Shown piece after piece: positions 28,138 through 41,268 of a stretch of 64,000 nt of DNA. Numbering within the stretch: position 1 is the first letter of the stretch; each line of letters begins with the position of its first letter. Position numbers and translations under genes: made by a program. The notes below the pieces were generated by a model, which saw only the letters and a list, made by a program, of their open reading frames with translations, did not search any database and was not told the DNA's origin. Source of the stretch: Octopus sinensis (lineage: Eukaryota); the NCBI RefSeq assembly GCF_006345805.1, contig NC_043009.1, forward strand, positions 38,192,001 to 38,256,000, written 5' to 3'.

Positions 28138-28537
28138 CTCTTCTTCTCTCTTGAGGAGCACTCCGTCGGTTACGACGATGAGGGTCCCAGCTGATACGAT
28201 CAACGGAACAGCTTGCTCGTGGAATTAACGTGCAAGTGGCTGAGCACTCCACAAGCACGTGTACCCTTAATGTAGTTCTCGAGGTGATTCAGCGTGACAC
28301 AGAGTGTAACAAGGCTGGCCCTTTGAAAATACAGGTACAACAGAAACAGGAAGAAAGAGTGAGAGAAAGTTGTGGGGTAAGAGTACAGCAGGGTTCACCA
28401 CCATCCCCTGCCGGAGCCTCGTGAAGCTTTAGGTGTTTTTGCTCAATAAACTTTCACAATGCCCGGTCTGGGAATCGAAACCGCGATCCTACGACCGCGA
28501 GTCCGCTGCCCTAACCACTGGGCCATTGCGCCTCCAC
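28138..28537 (-). mobile_element. SINE family C, full length, tRNA(Arg)-like head
   Basis: Head gtggaggcgcaatggcccagtggttagggcagcggactcgcggtcgtaggatcgcggtttcgattccc contains A and B boxes. 11-bp TSD tgataaagtat at 28127-28137 and 28538-28548. Confidence 0.93.
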
Positions 28538-28759
28538 TGATAAAGTATACTTCTGTCTGCAAGGGTAGTATCAGGAAATATGGCATATATACGATAATTA
28601 TAATTTAACTTTTATTGAATTTCTATCGTAGAAGGCGTTTGCCCAAGGCGATGCGTAGTAAGACTGAACCCGAGGCTATACAGCTGGAAAATACGCTTCT
28701 AAACCACACACCCACGTCTGTATCTATCATTTAACTTTTATCAAATTTTTTGGTGCATA

Positions 28760-28985
28760 TCTATTTGTGTGTGTCTTTGTTTCTGTGTTTATTCCCCATC
28801 CCACCTCTTGACAACCGGTGTTGGTGTTTTTACGTCCCAGTAAGTTAGCCGCTCGACAAAAGCGAGCAATAGAATAAATATTAGGCTTAAAAAAATTACT
28901 GGAGTCGATACATTTAACTAAAAATTCTTCAAGGCGATGTTCCAGCATGGCCGTAGTCAAATGACTGTAACAAGTCAAAGATAGA
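28760..28985 (+). mobile_element. SINE family A 3' half
   Basis: ttgacaaccggtgttggtg...ccagcatggccgtagtcaaatgactgtaacaag. Confidence 0.8.
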
Positions 28986-29324
28986 AAATATACAAAATGA
29001 TGAAATGAATTCTAATTTTCAAAAAAAAAAAATTTTTATCTTAAAATAAAATTAAATAAAACAAACTCTCCAAATTCCTTCCAGGAGTCCTCTATCATTT
29101 ACTCCTCTTCCGGGTCCTCTTCTTGCCACCGAGTCTAGTGTGTGCACTCATCCTGTCTTTCATGTCAATTCTCTCCGCATTTCTCTTCATCTCTTTCGTT
29201 ACCATATAAAACGTGACTGAAGAAGTCAACCACCCAATCAATCAAAGTTTATATTATTTGTACTTACGGCAGCATTCACCCGGGGTGGATTGAGCCAGTT
29301 CCGACCAAAGAGTTCACTTTGAGG

Positions 29325-29639
29325 AGTGGTTCTCAACTATTTTTTGCCTATGGCCCCCTTTGGTTTCTGTTTTACTCCACTGAACCTCCATAGTCATTTG
29401 ATGCATATCAAGAAAACCCTATTTTATTTTTATATTCTTTTTTTTTTAACTTGTTTCAGTCATTAGACTGAGGTCATGTTGGAGCACTCCCCTGGATTAA
29501 ATATCATTAGGAATTGCATAAAATGTAAAAATATTTTTGTGTATTGTAAAACTATAACCAGTTTATTGCACATAAATTTGAACAACAAAATCTTATATGG
29601 ACTCTCAAGGGCCATATGGATCCCAGCTGAGAACCACTG
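29325..29639. mobile_element. hAT/Charlie-like MITE (second copy 45251-45507), with a SINE A tip inserted at 29446-29492
   Basis: Termini agtggttctcaact and gctgagaaccactg. Internal tttgaacaacaaaatcttatatggac is shared with the 45251 copy. Confidence 0.7.
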
Positions 29640-30411
29640 CTTTAGAGAAAGTACAAAATGGCCCGAGAGAAAAGTTAAGTCCTTTAAACTATTGCGCATG
29701 TACGTAAAAGTAGTAAAACATTCTACCGAGCAGCTAGATCGAAGTAAACGAAAGAAAAAGCTTAGATGATATATTTTTTTATAGTAAAAAAATGGAAAAC
29801 AGAAAAAAGGAAACATTGCCAGTTGGAAAAAAATCACCGAACCCGACAGATTGTGTGGAAAAATAAACCAAAAAACAAATAAGATTTTAAAAATATAATA
29901 TAAAAGTGGTTTTGGTAGTGTTACTGCTGAACATTGCTGTTGATGGTATGTTGTTTCCTTTCAGGGAAAACTATAACGAGGGGAAGAGAGATCTTACGTC
30001 ATTTTAGTACATGGAATTCAACGCCTTTCTCTGTCTCTCTTTGCCTTTCTCTGTTTTTGTTTGTCTGTCTATCTGTTTGTCTGTCTGCCTTTGTGTCTGT
30101 TTGTCTGTCTTTCTCTGTTTCTTTCTCTTCCTTTATTCTGTTCCACTCAATATGCTGTCATTTAAAGTGAATATATTAACACTTCTGTCATTTCTGTGTG
30201 AACGGTGAGAATAAAATGATAAAAACAAAAATGGCGACGACCAAAACACCTCTTCAGACGATCAGAAAAAGAATGGCTGAAGCGAGTGAAGGCGTGGATC
30301 AGAAAATTGTTGGTACATGAAAAATGTCTATCAGATTCGAGGAGAGAGCGAAGGAGAGAAGAAGAGGTCGAGAGAGGAAGAGAGAGAGGTAGTTGAATAG
30401 TGGAATGATTG

Positions 30412-30493
<82 letters not shown>

Positions 30494-30662
30494 TTTGAAT
30501 GGGAAACTGAGGGAGAGAAAGAGATATTGAGAGAGAGAGAGAGAGTAGGAGAGATGGAGTGAGAGAGAGACAGATAGATGCTACATACATACATACACAA
30601 TAGAAAAATAGAGAGAGAGTGAGAGGTACATAAATACTTTGACAGAACAAGCGAGCGAGCGC

Positions 30663-30767
<105 letters not shown>

Positions 30768-31494
30768 TACGGGAGAGGGAGAGATAGAGAACATGAGAGA
30801 GAGAAAGAGAGTATGGGAGTACGGACATGATGTTTCAATTATGAGATGCAATGAAATGAAAGAATCGAGTAAGTCATATTTTCGCACCAAACATTAACTA
30901 TATTCACTATTTTCAGTCTTTTGCAGATTTTATTTCAATTCTTCATGTCCATATTTTGGAAATTTTAATAGTTTCTACACAATTTATAGTTGCTGTACAT
31001 AAGTGCATATGGTAAAGTATTTTAAAGCTAAATATTTTCAAATCTGAATACATACACACAGGCACCAATATATATATTCGTGCCTGTGTGTGTGTATGTG
31101 TGAGTGTGCGTGTGGTTTGTCTCTGTGTGTGTGTGTGTGTGTGTGTGTGCGCCTGTGTGTGTGTGCGTATATATTTCAGTGAGTCCAGAAGAAATTTTAT
31201 GTTATTGGTAATCATACAAATCAGTACTAGACGCTTCATTTTCTGAGACTGAATCAGTGAAACCACTCTAGGGGCACATGCACGGTACGAAAAGAACAAA
31301 GCAAAACAAAACAAACAAGGTGCAGGAGTAATGGATGATTGGTGATGCTTTTCTTGTCGCATTGTAGGAAACGACAGAAGCGTTTCATTCATTTATTCAC
31401 ACATACACTCGTACCCCCCCCCCACATACACAAAAGCACGCGCAAGCCTGGATTTTGAAGTAACTAAACTTTTCCCCGTGGAAATAAAAAATAT

Positions 31495-31683
31495 AATCAT
31501 TATTTACATTATTTATATTATTTACATTTGACGGATATTTGTCCTCATCTTGTTTGTTGTTAACAGAACGTTTCGGCTGATATACTCTATACTCTCTAGC
31601 CTTCATCAGGTGTCCTGGGGAAATTTCGAACCTGGGTTTCATTCCTAAGGTATTATTATCATTATTATTATTATTATTATTAA

Positions 31684-31714
<31 letters not shown>

Positions 31715-31789
31715 CAGGTCACTGCCTGGAATCGAACTCGGAATCTTGGGGTTAGTAGCCTGCGCTCTTAACCATTACGCCATATGCCC
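31495..31789 (-). mobile_element. SINE family D: tRNA-like head, (AAT)n, hammerhead-like tail
   Basis: Head gggcatatggcgtaatggttaagagcgcaggctactaaccccaagattccgagttcgattcc. Tail GACAC-CTGATGA-A-GGCT..AGCC-GAAACGT-T-CTGTT. Confidence 0.8.
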
Positions 31790-31794
31790 ACAGG

Positions 31795-32030
31795 CATATG
31801 TGTGTGTGTGTGTATTTGTGTGTGTGTGTGTGTGTGTCTGAAAGTGTCTCTGTTTTCGTCCACCACTTCGCTTGACAATCGACATTGGTGTGTTTACGTA
31901 CTTGTAACATAGCGGTTCGGCAAAACAAAACAATAAAATAAACATCCGGCTTAGCAAAAAAAAAAAAAATTCTTCAAGGCCGCAGTCAAATGACTGAAAT
32001 AGGTAAAAGAAGAAAAAGTAAAAGAATATG
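31795..32030 (+). mobile_element. SINE family A 3' half
   Basis: (TG)n then cgcttgacaatcgacattggtgtg...gcagtcaaatgactgaaatagg. Confidence 0.8.
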
Positions 32031-32056
32031 TATGTATACACACACACACACGCGCA

Positions 32057-32109
<53 letters not shown>

Positions 32110-32419
32110 TTAGAAACACGCATATACATTGCTATCTACATACGTACTCAAAACGATTTTTGAAGTCTATGCATACGCTGACGTGTATACATGAACATTT
32201 TAAAATTTACATGGTATTAGAAGTTGTATATTCCAGAATTGCTTAGTATGAAAGAACTACTGTTGAATTAAGTCCTGTCGATTTATACCGGTTTCTCAAT
32301 ATTGTTTATACAGTATAAATAAATATATTTAATATAAATTCTCTTGGGTGTGTACATAGGAGTCTGATGTAATTTGAATGTTAATCTATGAATCAGCGAT
32401 ATAAGTAAAATGAGGATTG

Positions 32420-32730
32420 CTTCAAAAGTAATTCGATAATCAGAGTATTTCCTCCCTTACGTCTCTCAATGCATACAGAGACATATGGACATATAAACAT
32501 TTCCTTCTAGCTGACACTCGCAAGTGAGCAAATATGGCTTGGCAACTTGTACCATGCTTTCCTTAATAGTTTTAGGGTCGATGTAGTTACCAGCAGGCAT
32601 GTATACATACCTACCTTCTCGAACTCCTTGTCCTTGATCTCGGAGCACATCAAGAATGTAGATAGAAATAGAGCTGCATCAACTCCTAGTTCTTTCTGAT
32701 TAGCAGCTGAACGAATCATGTGCATGTATA
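32420..32730 (-). mobile_element. Ancient SINE-like repeat body (family E)
   Basis: Homologous by eye to 33950-34190, with the shared hairpin cttgat-N10-atcaag. Confidence 0.55.
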
Positions 32731-32744
32731 CGAAAGAGTCAGTT

Positions 32745-32894
32745 AATTATGATTTAACTCGACATATTCCCCTCTCAGATTTACACACTTAATGCAGTGG
32801 TCCTTCAACCCTGTAAAAGAACTGAGCAAGCTGGGCCGCCAACCACACCTTTCGCGATACTCTTACAATCAGGAACTTTTCAGCAACCCCTCCG
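32745..32894 (-). mobile_element. Mariner-derived MITE fragment
   Basis: Minus strand tacggaggggttgctgaaaagttcc (TIR-like), then KDHCIKCVNLRGEYVE (mariner C-terminus). Confidence 0.7.
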
Positions 32895-32927
<33 letters not shown>

Positions 32928-32935
32928 CATAATAC

Positions 32936-33063
<128 letters not shown>

Positions 33064-33120
33064 GAAATATTAAAATTACTAAGTCTCTCTAAAGAACAGC
33101 GGCAGCGTTCCCGGAAAATA

Positions 33121-33494
33121 ATAGTTATCGCCATACTAATATGGCATTCTTATAAAAATAAGAAAAAAGCTGTCGCTTATTAGCTCCATGAGGCCATCGC
33201 CTTAAGTTAGCTATTTGATACACAAACTGTATCCATATAACCTTCGAACAAGGGAGGTCAGTCGCTCCCACTACTTGACCGGCAGCTACAGCATTGAAAA
33301 GGGGCAATACCCCGAAACGCGTCTGTAGCTGCCGTCAAGTAGTGTGGAGCGACTGACCTCCCTTGTTCGAAGGTTATATGGATACAGTTTGTGTATCAAA
33401 TAGCTAACTTAAGGCGATGGCCTCATGGAGCTAATAAGCGGACAGCTTTTTTCTTATTTTTATAAGAATGCCATATTAGTATGGCGATAACTAT
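33121..33494 (+). mobile_element. Palindromic small element with a hammerhead ribozyme in its loop (Penelope-type or retrozyme-like)
   Basis: Arms 33121-33291 and 33323-33494 differ by only three 1-nt indels. Flanked by (TA)n. Confidence 0.8.
33286..33330 (+). ncRNA. Minimal type I hammerhead ribozyme, U3-A8 core variant; predicted cleavage after C33323
   Basis: GCA-TTGAAAA-GGGG-CAATA-CCCC-GAA-ACGCGT-C-TGT: all invariant core positions present, 4-bp stem II, palindromic stem III, GUC triplet, 3-bp proximal stem I. Confidence 0.72.
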
Positions 33495-33519
33495 ATATAT
33501 ATATATATATCTATATATA

Positions 33520-33760
33520 TGTCGTGAAGTATATTTGCCACTTAAATGTGGCTAACCCTTAAGGAGTGATGCTACTGTAGCTTGTAGCCCCATGAAGACA
33601 TCTCCTCCAGTCCTCCAGCTGGCTATTGACGCACTTTCTGAGCCCTATCAGTATTTGCAAAAGGAAGCCATCCTTCCCATCTCCAGCTGACGTGATACTC
33701 ACGGACCCGGGTCTCTGGATATCGACCCGTCATCTGCGTGTGACAGCACCAGTTGGCGAT

Positions 33761-33763
<3 letters not shown>
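33520..33763. mobile_element. GC-rich (TA)n-flanked unclassified repeat
   Basis: About 50% GC island between TA tracts, with several short hairpins (gccac/gtggc, gggtc/gaccc). Confidence 0.45.
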
Positions 33764-33803
<40 letters not shown>

Positions 33804-33849
33804 ATATATATATATATATATATATCCGTAACAGGCGGCGTTAAACGAA

Positions 33850-34270
33850 GTTGCTTGCTCGAGGCCCGCTCTAAGAATCACAGAACCTTATGATATGCCG
33901 AAACACTAATCATTTAGGAACGCACTTTCGTTGTAGACATCCATATTAGTACTTGTCAATCGTTACACGCAAGCCAGTGAGTATAACTTGGTAATATGTA
34001 TTCCGGTTTCGCTATATTGTTTTAGATTCCTATGTAATCGCAAGCAGATATCGAACCTCGGTCGTCTCCACATCCTTGATTTCGCAGCACATCAAGGGTA
34101 CTGAAAGATAAAGAGCTACACTAACACCTGTTTGGTATTCATTCGCAAGTGAATAAATTAAGAGCAATATAATATAAAGTACATTGATGAAGGACACAAC
34201 GCGCCGATCAGCCCAGGATTAGAACCCGCAACCTTATGATCGATATCTGAAACACTATAGCCTTTTGACA
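33850..34270 (-). mobile_element. Ancient tRNA-SINE (family E) followed by a second head in tandem
   Basis: Minus-strand head tcataaggttgcgggttctaatcctggg..gtgtccttc. Second head tcataaggttctgtgattc..cctcgagcaagcaacttc at about 33845-33910. Confidence 0.6.
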
Positions 34271-34465
34271 ACACACTGAATATGTATGTTAATACAAATA
34301 ATTACTTTCCATTTGCGTTGGTATTTTCTGGTTACGTTAGGGAATTCTATTATAAATTTCAGTTTCTCGACTACACATCATATTAATCTCTTACTACACC
34401 TCCGAAATCCTTTATTATTACTATTATTATTTTTATTATTATCATCATCATCATCATCATCATCC

Positions 34466-34540
<75 letters not shown>

Positions 34541-34552
34541 TCCTCATCATCC

Positions 34553-34591
<39 letters not shown>

Positions 34592-34618
34592 TATATTATT
34601 ATTATTATCATTATTATT

Positions 34619-34649
<31 letters not shown>

Positions 34650-35942
34650 CTCCATATTTTGCTTTCACTGGAAACTATCTCATTATGAATATTTCAAAAG
34701 TATTATTATTTTTTTTTAAGAAATGTTGGGGAGATCATTACCTGGTCGTAAAATGGCAGAAAAGAAATAAATCGTTCATCGTAGATTTTAATATTTCCTC
34801 GTAGCTTAATGAGCCTACCAGCTGGCACATACATGTTCTTTCCATATTCAGCACATTTGCACTGCTTCCTGCTAATTTGCAAGTGAGAAGTATACTATAC
34901 GACATATGCAGATCATCATTTCTGATTGAATGTCTTCCTACTGTGCTCTCACGAGCATTGTAACGCAATCAGTAAACTCATAAATACTTACACACCAGAA
35001 CGAAATACACAAATATAAATACATATATCTGATACGTAAGCATATTTTACGTTGTAAATTAAGCTTCACATGTAACTTCTCAGGCTAATTAAGCAAGGTA
35101 TGATGGTGTTTAATTTAATATTTTTTTTATTTTTTAGATTTGTTTGGAAGTAGAAACTAATGGCAGATTTTCTGAATCTTTTCATGAAGCATGACATGTC
35201 AGCTTCGTGGGAAATTGTGTATTAGATATATGATTAGCAGAACTGGAAAATATCACAGCTTAGTGATCAAAACTGTACGATCAACTAATGATCTAATGAG
35301 GTAAATAGTTATCATGTCTTAAGAAAAATATTTTGTTAATAATGCATTGTTGATTTCTGCAGAAAATAATTAATAATAAGTGGTTAGTTGTTATTGCAGC
35401 AAAACTAAACGATAACAAAAACAAAAAAGAAAATTATAAACCATGGTTATCAAAATAATAATAAAAAAAAAAGAAGAATTTTCTGTTTATCTAATTCTGA
35501 ACTAGAAACATCATCAGTTTTAATTTTGGTAAAGATAAACAAATAATAAAAAAAGGAAGATTTTAAACGAATATTTAGAATAAAATTAAGAAGCATACCA
35601 TTTTTCAAAGACTATCCAATTATAAATGTTAAAACTCACGCTCAGAAAGTTATTCTGCGTTATTATTATTATCATTAAGTAAAGCGGTGTGCTAGCAGAA
35701 CTGTCAACACGCCGGACAAAATGCTTAGCGGTGTTTCGTCCGTCTTTACTTTCTGAACTCAAATTCCGCCGAGGTCGACCTTACTTTTCATGTTCTTGGT
35801 CGAAAAAGTAAGTAGCGACGAAGTACTGAGGCGGGTTCGATGTAATCGATTTCCCTATCTCTTCAAAAACTGATGGCTCTGTATCCAAATTTCAAGCCAT
35901 CGTTGTTATTAACAAGTGAGGTGGCAGAATTGTTAGCATGTA

Positions 35943-36092
35943 GGCGTAGGAGTAGCTGCGTGATAAGTAGCTTGCTTACCAACCACATGGTTTCGGGTTC
36001 AGTCCCACTGCGTGGCACCTTGGGCAAGTGTCTTCTATTATAGTGGATTTGGTAGACTGAAACTGAAAGAAGCCCGTCGTATATATGTATAT

Positions 36093-36126
<34 letters not shown>

Positions 36127-36536
36127 ATTATATATATATATATATATAGATATATATATATATACATATATACGACGGGCTTCTTTCAGTTTCAGTCTAC
36201 CAAATCCACTTACAAGGCTTTTGTCGGCCCGAGGCTATAATAGAAGACACTTGCCCAAGTGCCACGCAGTGGGACTGAACCCGAAACCATGTGGTTGGTA
36301 TATATATATGTATATATGTAGGTGTGTGTATATGTTTGTGTGTTTGTGTTTGTCCCCCAACATCGCTTGACAACCGACGCTGGTGTGTTTACGTTCCCGT
36401 AACTTAGCGGTTCGGTAAGAGGGACCGATAGAATAAGTACTAGGCTTACAAATAATAAGTCCTGGGGTCGATTTGCTCGACTAAAGGCGATGCTCCAGCA
36501 TGGCCACAGTCAAATGACTGAAACAAGTAAAAGAGT
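35943..36536 (+). mobile_element. SINE family A containing an inverted duplicate of its own head
   Basis: Head 35943-36080 (+), inverted head 36171-36300 (-), 3' half 36320-36536 (+). Confidence 0.9.
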
Positions 36537-36706
36537 ATGTCCAATATATTGCTTGTCTCCATTTCTTCAGGTTTCACGTTGAAACTCAAATGCCAGCGAA
36601 ATCGACATTGTCTCTCGTATTTCGGGGCCGAGGAAATAAGTACCAGTCGAATACTGGTGTCGATGTAAATGATTAGACACATTTCTCAAGTCTTAGGCTT
36701 TGTGTT

Positions 36707-37037
36707 GGTGAGGTGACAGAATCGTTAGCACCCCGGGTAAAATTCTTAGCAGCATTTCGTCCGTCTTTACGTTCTGAGTTCAAATTCCGCCGAGGCCGAC
36801 TGTGCCTTTCATCCTTTCCGAGTCGATTAAATATGTACCAGTTACGCACGGGGGTCGATATGATCGACCTAATTCATTTGTCTGTCCCTGTTTGTCCCCT
36901 CTGTGTGTAGCCCCTTGTGGGTTGTAAAGAAATAGGTATTTCGTCTGCCGTTACGTTCCGAGTTCAAATTCCGCCCAGGTCGACTTTGCCTTTCTTCCTT
37001 TCGGGGTCGAGTAAATATGTACCAGTTACGCACTAGA
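36707..37037 (+). mobile_element. SINE family B dimer
   Basis: Head, core and B1 tail, then a restart at ggtatttcgtctgccg (junction 36934/36935). Confidence 0.87.
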
Positions 37038-37054
37038 GTAGATTATTATTATTA

Positions 37055-37114
<60 letters not shown>

Positions 37115-37830
37115 CATTATTATTATTGTTGTTGTTGTTGTTGTTATAAAGATGCTATTACATGCTATTCTATTTAACAGGGTTGGTACATTGAGGTTTG
37201 GTGACACGAAGTTTCTTCAAATCTGAAGAATCTTTCTTAGAATACTTGCAGAATACAGAATGGCATTTTTCTACATTGACTAACACCACTCTGTAAAACT
37301 GCCGGTTTTGTAATGAAATTTGAAACAATTACAATCTCTTAGATGTTGCCATGCCGTATTGTGCATACGTGGATAGAAACGGTAATAATCAGATGCTGGA
37401 TATTCCTGGTTTAGAAATTGGTTACAGCTGAATATCTGGTCAATATTTTGTATAATTAACTATGTACAATTATGGTAATTTTTTGATGCTACGGAACCAG
37501 TGAATTATTTATTTAGCGATTCAGAATTTATATTAAAGAGATCCTGTAATTGTTTAAAACAGCAATTATTGCAGTTAAAACATGTTGAAATCTAGATATT
37601 TTATTAATGCTAGATTTAGTGAGTGGTGTAGGTGTAAGCGATAGGAAGCAGGCTTCAGTATCTCAGAGGTTAATTTTCAATTACAATTGGGGTCAACAAA
37701 ATAAATGGTTCCGGTGGATTTCCGTCGTTCAACAATGAGGATTCACCTATTCGGTCAACTGAATTATCTGCTCCTGAATTAATGTGAAAGTAGCCGAGCA
37801 GTCTACAGACGCGTGTAACCTTAGGGTGAC

Positions 37831-38190
37831 ACCTCTCGTTCTACGCCACATCACTAGTGGAAGTCAACTCCTAGTCAAGAGTACAGTATGTCATTCATTG
37901 CAGTTTTCGTGGCTACGGTCTGGGACCAGCCGTATAGTTTGCCAAACTATACGTGCAGGATGTTTTTACGAGACACCACTCGTGTGGACGGTCATTGACT
38001 CACAATGAGCTCATCCGTCCTTTGACAGGTCTTGCTTTTAGTCCTGCAGAGTGTCCACAATACCCTTCACACCTGGCAAGCCAAGTGGGGGACCCGAATT
38101 AGTCACCCACCAGCCCATCATGGGACAGGCAGTACTGGATTACATGGTACAAGTAGCAGGATTTTCCTGACCTGACCTCGTAGGGTGACA
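37831..38190. mobile_element. Unclassified GC-rich insertion inside a decayed SINE C tail
   Basis: 10-bp direct repeat tagggtgaca at about 37822 and 38181. Contains a 23-nt near-palindrome cgtatagtttg-c-caaactatacg. Confidence 0.5.
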
Positions 38191-38514
38191 GTGTGCGTCA
38201 CAAATCTGTAATTTTTTTAATTACACGTACAAACTAGTCAATGGACTTCCGTACAGTTTCCATCTACCAAATTTCCCTCACAAATTTCCCGATACTCTAG
38301 AAAATGACATTTTCCCTAAATTAAATCGTTATGAGTTTGGACCTGGACCTTGTAATTGTGAAGCGAAATTTTCAACCATTCTGTCATTACTATGCTAACA
38401 CGAAACAAATACTTTTATAATACTGCGGTTGATACAGTTATATGTTTCTCTGCATATTAAAAAAAAAGTTCATGGCATGCTTAATTATAAAAAATAAAAA
38501 AGTAAACATTTTCT

Positions 38515-39205
<691 letters not shown>

Positions 39206-40497
39206 TGCTTTTTCTTTTCCATAAACCGAAATTGGAAAGGTGAAAAATACAATAGAATCCATTCCAAAGAATCTTTCGCATCCAATGATAGGAATTAACC
39301 TAGCTTAACTAAAGCTAGTTGAGGAGAATGGACTCCCTGTAAAGAATACATATTAGAATTTGATTAAACCTTGCTCTAATCCAAGAACAGGTGGAGTTTT
39401 CTTAATGAACAATAAATAAGAATAGCGATTATATGAAACCTGTTTAATAAATCCAACTTCAAGAAAAACAGAGGATGGTAAGGGTTTGGGAATTTTAGCG
39501 TGTGTATTTTAAGAATGAAATTCTTTTATTTTATGCCAAAATGCAGTTGGATCACTTTTGTGAATTTAAATTATTTCACATGTTTTTCATATTAGTAATT
39601 GTAGTAATCAGAATGGAAGGCTGAGATTGGAAATAAGCAGTGATAATAATTTTGAAATAAAATTTATAAAACGAAAACCTCCCAAGAAAAACGGGAAATG
39701 AGAAAACGAAAATGAAGAAATGAATAAATAAATTTCAAGGAAAATGTAAATGATTGCCATAAGTCCTTCAAAGTTACAGAGTAATTTGATGCTGTATAAA
39801 GTCAGTGAGATAACATCGTCCGAAATGGGTTTTATAGAATATGTTATGTCACGTGACAGTATTCTCTAATGCCCATGAATCGTTGGTAATTATATCCTTT
39901 GCTGAGCCGCTGTAAAAACAAAAACAAACAACAACAACAACAAAAGACGAAGAAGAAAATGGGAAGAAATAAGGAAAGAGAAAACGCAACTGTTCTCCAG
40001 GTCTATATTATGTCCTAATGACTTGCTTTAAATTCATTTCATTTTGCTTTGCATACACGAGAGATGATACACTCATTATCTCACGGAAGGACAGGAAATA
40101 ATAAAAAAAAAACCCATCATTCCATAAAATAAATAAATAGATAATATAGAAAAGCAACAACAACAAAACGAACAAACAAAAACTACATATAAATAACCCT
40201 TAGCGAAATAATGTCGAAGAAATATAGCGAGAAATAAATCAAAGATTTGTCATTATATTCTAAATTTGAAAAGAGAAAGAACAGTCATTGTTTTTCGTAT
40301 GCTTTTGTTGCGAAGAAGACATCAGTTTTGAAATAAACCCAATAATTCTTTTATTTCTAAACACAAAGAATTGCAAGAAATTGTGAAAATGAATGTTTTA
40401 TATGAATATTTGCTGTCATTTCTCACTTGAACTTCCACCCCTCTCCCCTTCTCTCCCCCCTCTCTTCCCGAATACCTATTTCTGTTTACCTATCTAT

Positions 40498-40561
<64 letters not shown>

Positions 40562-40731
40562 GCTATCTAGCTATCTATCTATCCGACATATATTTCCATT
40601 CAATCTCCCACCTATCCACATATCCACTCATACATATATACATACATAAACATACACACACATATATATATTAATACATACATACACATGCACGCACGCG
40701 CGTGTGCACAAAGAAACATACGCATACACAC

Positions 40732-40784
<53 letters not shown>

Positions 40785-41235
40785 ATATACATACATATAT
40801 ACGTACACACACAGATGCGCCCACACAGACGCACGCACACTCACACATACTTATATATACATATATACACACACATTTGACATTAATAGAAAACACCATA
40901 TATAATATGTATGTGTGAATATATACACACAAACACACACACACAAACACACACACACATACACACATACACACACTATATATAGTCTTTTCTCTTAATG
41001 TCAATCTCTCTAGATATAATTTACTGACATTTATTATATTCATATATTTTCTTCACAATTTAAATATCTCCTTCGACAACATCCGTTTACATACACACAT
41101 ACACACGTACATACATACATACATACATACATACATACATACACACATATATACATACCTACATACATACATACATAAATACATACATACATACATACAT
41201 ACATACATACATACATACATAAATACATACATACA

Positions 41236-41268
<33 letters not shown>

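Noticed and set aside
28465-28537. tRNA-like sequences (also 48570-48640 and 31715-31789)
   Set aside because: They have A and B boxes but broken acceptor and anticodon stems, and they continue into repeat bodies. They are SINE heads, not tRNA genes.
30235-30260. CTGAAGA followed by a GGTG/CGCC stem on the minus strand
   Set aside because: No GAAA follows the stem.
32466-32725. Protein-like ORF GVDAALFLSTFLMCSEIKDKEFEK with a similar peptide near 34000-34130
   Set aside because: The similarity reflects nucleotide homology between old SINE-like copies. Stops and frame are not conserved, and the second copy follows a tRNA-like head.
38085-38135. Possible HDV-like ribozyme (minus strand GGTGGG..GAC-8nt-GTC..CCCACT)
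   Set aside because: There is no room for P2, no P1.1 GG and no catalytic C. It is a simple hairpin.
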